This document shows, piece after piece, positions 58,715-64,000 of a stretch of DNA of 64,000 nt. Location of the stretch: positions 8,799 to 72,798 of the forward strand of contig CAZLTD010000007.1 in NCBI GenBank assembly GCA_964562385.1, in the 5' to 3' direction. A program made the translations under genes and the position numbers. The notes under the pieces are model-generated. The model had not been told where the DNA came from. It saw only the letters and a program-made list of their open reading frames with translations, and made no database searches. Within the stretch, counting starts at the first letter, position 1; each line of letters begins with the position of its first letter. Source of the stretch: an uncultured Desulfobacula sp. GTDB taxonomy: Bacteria > Desulfobacterota > Desulfobacteria > Desulfobacterales > Desulfobacteraceae.

Positions 58715-58875
58715 GTTTCAGGTGCTGCTTTGTGCAGATAATAGGGAATCCTGTGGAAATCAGGAACGGACCCGCCGCTGTAACCGGTTATGAATGCTGT
58801 AATTGCCACTGGTAAAACGGGAAGGCTCAGCAAGTAAGTTGATCCGGTAAGTCAGAAAACCTGCCTGGAAATTGA
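58715..58875 (+). ncRNA. Cobalamin (B12) riboswitch
   Basis: Conserved core AATAGGGAATCCTGTGGAAATCAGGAACGGACCCGCCGCTGTAACCGG, B12 box GCCACTGG, GGGAAGGC, and GTCAGAAAACCTGCC. Lies upstream of the cbiK/btu-like genes. Confidence 0.9.
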
Positions 58876-59014
58876 TCGTGTTGCTTGCGAGGACTTTGGC
58901 AGATCAAACAAATGAGGAAAAAAACGGTTCCCACATCAAAAAAGTTTTGGTGTGGGTTTTTTTGTTTGCCTGTCCCGCGTTATTTTTTATTGTTTAAATA
59001 ACAAAGGAGTTATG

Positions 59015-59971
59015 ATGAAACGTTTTACAATTGCACTGTTCACTGTTGTGTTCACACTTGTCTTGTCATGTAGCGCTATTGCCAAGACCGCTATTATTAT
59101 TGCCAATTTTGGAACCACTGTACCCGAAGCCGTTAAGTCGATTAACAATATTACATCCCGGGTAAAGCATGCGTTCCCCAATGCGGAGGTTAGAGTTGTA
59201 TTTACCTCCAATATCATCCGGTCTGTCTGGGAAAAAAGAAGCCTGGAACCGGACGTGTGGATCAAACAGGGAATCAGCCGGGAAATCATCTTTACAAAAA
59301 ACCTTCTTTCAACCTTCGGAGACCTAAAAAGCAAAGGATTTAAGGATGTTATAGTACAACCAACCCATTTGTTCCACATGGAACAATACCATGATCTCAT
59401 GCAGTATGTGAATGCCATCCGATCCATCAAGACCATACGGGACAAATGGAAGCCGTTTAATAAAATAGCGTTGGGCCGACCGGCACTTGGCACAGTAGGC
59501 GACCAGTACCCTTATCACAAGGACCTTGATGAGGTTGTTCTGTCATTTCAAAAAGATGCTGCGCTTGCTAAAAAGAAAAACGCTGCACTGGTCTACATGG
59601 GGCATGGAAATGATTTCTGGTCAGCCGGTATTTATTCTGAACTGCAACACCGCATGCGAAAAGCCTATCCTGACGTAAAAACATTTGTCGGCTGTGTGGA
59701 AGGCTTCCCGGGCATCGAGCAGGTGAAAGAGAAGATAGCGCATAACCCGAAAATAAAAAATGTTCTTTTAAAACCATTGATGATTGTTGCCGGGGACCAT
59801 GCCACCAATGATATGGCAGGCCCTGAGGAGGAGTCCTGGAAATCAGTTTTGACCCGGTCCGGGTATAAAGTTGAAATAATTCTCCAGGGCCTAGGATCTA
59901 ATAACCAGTTCGCAGACCTCTTTCTTGATCACATAAGAGACGCGGCAAACGCTTCAGGCATCGACCTGTAG
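59015..59971 (+). CDS. cbiK: Sirohydrochlorin cobaltochelatase CbiK family protein with signal peptide (periplasmic CbiK type)
   Basis: Signal peptide MKRFTIALFTVVFTLVLSCSAIA. Also IIIANFGTT, VQPTHLFHMEQYHD and MGHGND..., KPLMIVAGDHATNDM. AAGGAG upstream. Confidence 0.82.
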   Translation: MKRFTIALFTVVFTLVLSCSAIAKTAIIIANFGTTVPEAVKSINNITSRVKHAFPNAEVRVVFTSNIIRSVWEKRSLEPDVWIKQGISREIIFTKNLLSTFGDLKSKGFKDVIVQPTHLFHMEQYHDLMQYVNAIRSIKTIRDKWKPFNKIALGRPALGTVGDQYPYHKDLDEVVLSFQKDAALAKKKNAALVYMGHGNDFWSAGIYSELQHRMRKAYPDVKTFVGCVEGFPGIEQVKEKIAHNPKIKNVLLKPLMIVAGDHATNDMAGPEEESWKSVLTRSGYKVEIILQGLGSNNQFADLFLDHIRDAANASGIDL

Positions 59972-59985
59972 GACATGAGGAGATC

Positions 59986-61032
59986 TTGAGCACACCGGTT
60001 GCCATAGCAAAGGGGAGATTTGGGATTCTGGTGGTCCTTTTCTCCCTTTTGCTCGTTATCATGATCCTGACATCGCTCTCCATGGGGTATATCCACATAC
60101 CGGTGAGCGAGATCATTCGCACCTTTATGATAAAGATGGGCAGTGCGTCGCCCGACATGCAGACGATCAACGAGACCTTTAGCGCCGTTATTTTTGATGT
60201 CCGTCTTCCACGCATCTTAACCTGTGTCGGCGTGGGGGCTGCCCTTGCCGCATCCGGAGTCCTTTTCCAGGGAATTTTGTTAAATCCTCTGGCCGATCCT
60301 TACACGCTGGGCGTTTCCGCAGGCGCCGCCTTTGGTGCAAGCCTTGCCATCCTTTTAAATTTGAGCGCCGCGTTTGTATCTGTACCGGCATTTGCCTTTA
60401 CAGGTGCCTGTATCACACTGGTGATGGTCATCTTTTTGTCCTACTCATCTAAGAACCCCATGGCAGGGCTCTCATCCAACAATCTTATTTTATCCGGTAT
60501 CATTATTGCCGCCATTTTGTCGGCCGGTATCAGTTTTTTAAAATTTATCGCCAACGAACAGGTGGCTGTCATAATTTTCTGGCTCATGGGAAGCTTTGCC
60601 TCCAAAACCTGGGCAGATGTCGGTGTTATATCTGTTTTCCTGGTTGCCGGGACTCTTATCTCATTGTATTTTGCCAGGGATTTGAACCTGATCTCCCTGG
60701 GGGGAAAATCCGCCAACAGTCTTGGTGTTGACATCAAAAAAGTTACCATCATCCTGCTTGTCACCGGTTCCATGATGGCGGCAATCTGCGTATCGGTGTC
60801 CGGGATTATCGGTTTTGTGGGGCTTTTAATCCCCCATATGGTCCGGCTTATAACCGGACCGGACAATAGAAAATTAATTCCGTTGTCCCTTCTGGCAGGC
60901 GCCATTTTACTATTGCTCGCCGACACGGTGACACGGGCGATTTTACCCCATGAGATACCCATTGGGGTTCTGACCGCACTGACCGGCGGTCCGGTTTTCT
61001 GCTGGATATTTAAAAAGAACAGGATGGGATAA
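59986..61032 (+). CDS. FecCD/BtuC-family ABC permease (corrinoid/iron-chelate importer)
   Basis: 348 aa, about 9-10 TM helices. RLPRIL, PYTLGVSAGAAFGA and IPIGVLTALTGGPVF motifs. Confidence 0.9.
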   Translation: MSTPVAIAKGRFGILVVLFSLLLVIMILTSLSMGYIHIPVSEIIRTFMIKMGSASPDMQTINETFSAVIFDVRLPRILTCVGVGAALAASGVLFQGILLNPLADPYTLGVSAGAAFGASLAILLNLSAAFVSVPAFAFTGACITLVMVIFLSYSSKNPMAGLSSNNLILSGIIIAAILSAGISFLKFIANEQVAVIIFWLMGSFASKTWADVGVISVFLVAGTLISLYFARDLNLISLGGKSANSLGVDIKKVTIILLVTGSMMAAICVSVSGIIGFVGLLIPHMVRLITGPDNRKLIPLSLLAGAILLLLADTVTRAILPHEIPIGVLTALTGGPVFCWIFKKNRMG

Positions 61033-61036
61033 AGCG

Positions 61037-61816
61037 ATGAAAGCCATTACCATTGAAAATTTATCCTTCAGTTATGGGCTGCAGCCCATCATTAAAGAGG
61101 TCAGCTGTAACTTTGATGCCGGTCAGTTTTATTCCATCCTCGGTCCCAACGGCAGCGGAAAAACAACCCTGCTTGACCTGATCTCAGGTTTTTTAAACCC
61201 TGAGAAGGGCAGTATCCTCATTGAGGATCAGCCCATTAAACAATTGACCAAAAAAAGAATTTCCCAAAAAATTTCCCTGGTATCCCAGGACTATGCCATT
61301 AACTTTCCTTTTCCGGTCAAAGACATTGTCATGATGGGTCGGCATCCTTACATTCCGCGCTTTTCCCAACCATCAGACCGGGATCATGAAATGGTGGCAG
61401 ACATTATGGACCAATGCGGTATCAGCCACCTTAAGGACCGGAAAATCACCGAATTGTCCGGAGGGGAAAAGCAACGATGCGTTTTCGCCCGGGCCCTTTG
61501 CCAGGACACGCCCATCCTTATTCTGGATGAAGCATTTTCAAACATGGACATCCGGCATACACTACAGATGCTGCGCATTGTTAAACACGCAGTGCAACAG
61601 GAGAACAGGATGGTTATCAGTGTATTCCATGATTTAAATATGGCCGCAGCATGGTCAGATGCAGTATTGATGTTAAAACAAGGTAAAATTCAGGCGTTTG
61701 GCCCGGTCCCGGATATTATCACACGTGAAACCATTCGGGATGTATTTAATATTGAATCCATTGTGGAGTTTAACCAGCATGTCAATGCCAATCAGATATT
61801 TTTTCCGTCCGCATAG
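61037..61816 (+). CDS. ABC importer ATP-binding protein (BtuD/FepC-like)
   Basis: GPNGSGKTT, LSGGEKQR, and ILILDEAFSNMD. Confidence 0.92.
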   Translation: MKAITIENLSFSYGLQPIIKEVSCNFDAGQFYSILGPNGSGKTTLLDLISGFLNPEKGSILIEDQPIKQLTKKRISQKISLVSQDYAINFPFPVKDIVMMGRHPYIPRFSQPSDRDHEMVADIMDQCGISHLKDRKITELSGGEKQRCVFARALCQDTPILILDEAFSNMDIRHTLQMLRIVKHAVQQENRMVISVFHDLNMAAAWSDAVLMLKQGKIQAFGPVPDIITRETIRDVFNIESIVEFNQHVNANQIFFPSA

Positions 61817-62726
61817 CCTGGCGTTTATAGTAGTGCTGCTGGCATTGCTGGCCACTACACATGCCATGGCAGCCCACACTATAAAGGATGCAAAAGACAG
61901 AACCATATCCTTTGACAAACCGTTTACCCGTATTATTTCCCTTTATGGTGCACATACGGAAAATCTTTTTTATCTGGGCTGTCAAAATAATATAATCGGG
62001 GTATCCGTTAATGACAATTTCCCTGAAGCTGTGCATAAAAAACAAAAATTTTCCTATCATGACGGTCTGGAAAAATTCATGGTGGCACGACCCGACCTGT
62101 TGCTGATCCGGCCAATGATCGATAATGGCTATCCACAACTGATCCAGCGGCTCGAAAAAACAGGGATTACCGTAATTTCCCTTCAACCGTCAAGTGTTAA
62201 CGATATGTATGATTACTGGCTTACGCTGGGTAAAATAACGGGCCATGAAATTGCTGCGAGAAAGATGGTGGCAGATTTTAAAAGTAAAACAGATAAAATT
62301 TATAAAATGACGCAACCCATTTCTCCCAAAAAAAAAGTCTATTTTGAGGCCATTCACTCAAGGATGAAAACATTTTCAAAAGGGGCCATGCCGCTGTTTG
62401 CACTTGAAACTGCCGGAGGAATTAATGTTGCGGTAGATGCTAAACCGTCCAGAAATACGAACATTGCCATTTACGGTAAAGAGCGAATTCTTGCCAAGGC
62501 CTCACAAATTGATGTGTTTCTCGCTCAAAAAGGAGTTATGAATGCAATTACTATTGACCGCATAAAACAGGAGCCTGGCTTTAAAATTATCAAAGCCGTT
62601 AAAGATAACCAGATTTTTTTAATTGATGAAAATATCGTTTCACGGCCTGTACCCAGGCTGTATGAGGGAGTTCTGACGATTGGCAGGCTTCTATACCCGG
62701 ATATTTTTTTAAAGGAAACAGATTAA
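61779..62726 (+). CDS. Periplasmic binding protein (BtuF/FhuD class)
   Basis: Signal peptide MSMPIRYFFRPHSLAFIVVLLALLATTHAMA, then the RIISLYGAHTENLFYLG pattern typical of cluster-A binding proteins. The start choice (61779 or 61785) is uncertain. Confidence 0.82.
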   Translation: MSMPIRYFFRPHSLAFIVVLLALLATTHAMAAHTIKDAKDRTISFDKPFTRIISLYGAHTENLFYLGCQNNIIGVSVNDNFPEAVHKKQKFSYHDGLEKFMVARPDLLLIRPMIDNGYPQLIQRLEKTGITVISLQPSSVNDMYDYWLTLGKITGHEIAARKMVADFKSKTDKIYKMTQPISPKKKVYFEAIHSRMKTFSKGAMPLFALETAGGINVAVDAKPSRNTNIAIYGKERILAKASQIDVFLAQKGVMNAITIDRIKQEPGFKIIKAVKDNQIFLIDENIVSRPVPRLYEGVLTIGRLLYPDIFLKETD

Positions 62727-62739
62727 TAAGGATACACCC

Positions 62740-63444
62740 ATGGAAGAATACGGAAAACTATACGGTGTGGGCGTCGGCCCCGGAGACCCCGAATTAATAA
62801 CAGTTAAGGCCGTCAGGGTCATCAAGTCCGCAGATATCATTTTTACAGCGGCCTCCACCAAAAATACCTACAGCCTTGCAGTTGAGATAGCTGCGCCATA
62901 TATCGCCGATGATACACGCATTGAAAAGCTGTCCTTTCCAATGACAAAAGATGAAAAAGAGACGGAAACAGCCTGGATTCAAAATGCCCGGCAGATTGCG
63001 GCTGTGCTCAAGGAGGGCAAAACAGCGGTTTTTTTAACCCTGGGCGATCCAACCACCTATTCAACCTTTGGTTACATTTTAAAAAAGATGGCGTGTATCA
63101 TGCCTGAGGCCGACATTGAAACCATTCCCGGTATCACCTCTTTTCACGCGGCTTCTGCCAGGATGAACCGGATCCTGGTGGAAGGGGAGCAGTCTCTGCT
63201 TATCACTTCCGGGGCTTATGGCGGGGACAGGATCCGACGCATCAACGGTGTCGAGAACGTTGCCATTGTGAAGGCGTACAAGAACATTCAAGATATCAAT
63301 GACGCCCTTAAAGAAACCGGACTGCACGATAAAAGCGTTGCCGTTTCCAGATGCGGCCGTGAAAACGAAAAGATCACGCAGGATGTTGACACTCTTGTGG
63401 ACAGAACCCCTGATTACTGGACATTGATTCTGGCCTCTAAATGA
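62740..63444 (+). CDS. cbiL: Precorrin-2/cobalt-factor-II C20-methyltransferase (CobI/CbiL)
   Basis: LYGVGVGPGDPELITVKA tetrapyrrole methylase N-terminus. 234 aa. Confidence 0.88.
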   Translation: MEEYGKLYGVGVGPGDPELITVKAVRVIKSADIIFTAASTKNTYSLAVEIAAPYIADDTRIEKLSFPMTKDEKETETAWIQNARQIAAVLKEGKTAVFLTLGDPTTYSTFGYILKKMACIMPEADIETIPGITSFHAASARMNRILVEGEQSLLITSGAYGGDRIRRINGVENVAIVKAYKNIQDINDALKETGLHDKSVAVSRCGRENEKITQDVDTLVDRTPDYWTLILASK

Positions 63445-64000
63445 AAAAGAGAAAACCAAATTTAAAAAAACTGGGATTTTCCCTTATCCTGACAACAGGT
63501 GTCCTGTGCATAAACCAGTTTGCAGGGGAACCGTTGAGTCACACCATTGGCATTCAAAAATTGGGATTCCCCCTGGCAAGACTTCTCTTTTTTATTTTTA
63601 TTGGACTTGTGGCAGGACAAATCATCGAAACACTTGGGTGGACACGGCAAATGGCTGTTGTTGCGAGACCGTTCTTTAGATTTTCAAACCTGGGTAACCG
63701 TTGCGGTGCGGCTTTCACAGCCGCTTTCATATCCGGAGTAACTGCCAATGCCATGCTGCTGGACTATTATGAAGAGAACCGTATAAATAAAATGCAGCTT
63801 TTCCTGTCCAATTATGTGAACCAATTCCCGGCGTTTTTTCTGCACCTTCCGACAACCTTGTTCATTATTCTGCCGCTTACCGGGCTTGCGGGCCTGCTGT
63901 ATCTTTTTATCACATTTATGGCCACTGTGCTTAGAACCTTGTGTTTTTTTATATTCGGGCACATGTTTTTACCATCAACCTCTTCCGGGAAAAACCTTTC
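63441..64000 (+). CDS. Polytopic membrane protein, likely of the nucleoside-recognition (gate) domain family; 3' end lies outside the window
   Basis: Not in the ORF track because no stop is reached. The ATG at 63441 overlaps the cbiL stop (ATGA), and the frame is open to nt 64000. Hydrophobic segments: LILTTGVLCI, LLFFIFIGLVAGQII, FLHLPTTLFIILPLTGLAGLLYLFITF. Confidence 0.6.
   Translation, partial: MKKRKPNLKKLGFSLILTTGVLCINQFAGEPLSHTIGIQKLGFPLARLLFFIFIGLVAGQIIETLGWTRQMAVVARPFFRFSNLGNRCGAAFTAAFISGVTANAMLLDYYEENRINKMQLFLSNYVNQFPAFFLHLPTTLFIILPLTGLAGLLYLFITFMATVLRTLCFFIFGHMFLPSTSSGKNL

Noticed and set aside
1-64000. Search for tRNA/rRNA genes, CRISPR arrays, IS elements, integrases and prophage genes
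   Set aside because: No T-loop or anticodon-arm-like sequences, no regularly spaced direct repeats, and no transposase, integrase or phage-like ORFs were recognised. The window looks like core chromosome plus a catabolic island.

Overview
This is a chromosomal-looking window with dense, mostly well-supported genes. I recognised no rRNA, tRNA, CRISPR array, transposase or integrase. The gene content (periplasmic [NiFe] hydrogenase, a HesB-like selenoprotein, an anaerobic UbiD-type carboxylase set, TRAP-TatT transport, B12 salvage) suggests an anaerobic Desulfobacterales-like deltaproteobacterium; that assignment is inference only.

Main blocks:
- (1) 1-12.7 kb is the most interesting part. It holds three UbiD paralogs: one partial next to ubiX, and two full-length copies, each followed by a gene of about 90 codons. 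A KdsC/HAD-type gene follows, so the layout resembles Thauera phenylphosphate carboxylase (PpcABCD). The block is embedded in what looks like a self-contained prenyl-FMN supply set: UbiX, a RibB/RibBX-like gene interrupted by an in-frame TGA, a type-2 IPP isomerase, an archaeal-type riboflavin kinase and HAD phosphatases. A PaaK-type CoA ligase and a tiny upstream ORF sit alongside.
- (2) 12.9-15.8 kb encodes a signal-peptide-bearing WD40 / beta-sandwich / caspase (C14) protein.
- (3) 15.8-24.2 kb holds a ThDP enzyme, a LysR regulator with two EamA transporters, and a TatT-type TRAP transporter.
- (4) 24.5-32.3 kb holds a frameshifted coiled-coil membrane protein and a HesB/IscA-like selenoprotein (in-frame TGA, missed by the ORF track). 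It also holds DksA/TraR, a spermidine-synthase-like protein, YaiI and RNase H. The [NiFe] hydrogenase small and large subunits with their maturation protease follow, then a small Cys-rich gene with an internal TGA or compensating frameshifts.
- (5) 32.6-46.3 kb holds glnE, carAB, purF, a radical SAM/SPASM protein and a USP-USP-CBS protein.
- (6) 47-54.4 kb holds an acyl-CoA synthetase, a dCache histidine kinase with a NarL-type regulator, and a small membrane subunit with an SSF symporter.
- (7) 55-58.6 kb holds a DEAD-box helicase and a PadR-FetAB-like operon with a perfect 21-bp inverted-repeat operator.
- (8) 58.7-64 kb is a cobalamin-riboswitch-controlled operon: periplasmic CbiK, a BtuCDF-like importer, CbiL and a gate-domain membrane protein.

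Two families of conserved intergenic repeats were seen by eye: 11.55/32.46 kb and 37.10/46.33 kb.

All functional calls come from motif recognition in the translated ORFs. No database search was run.
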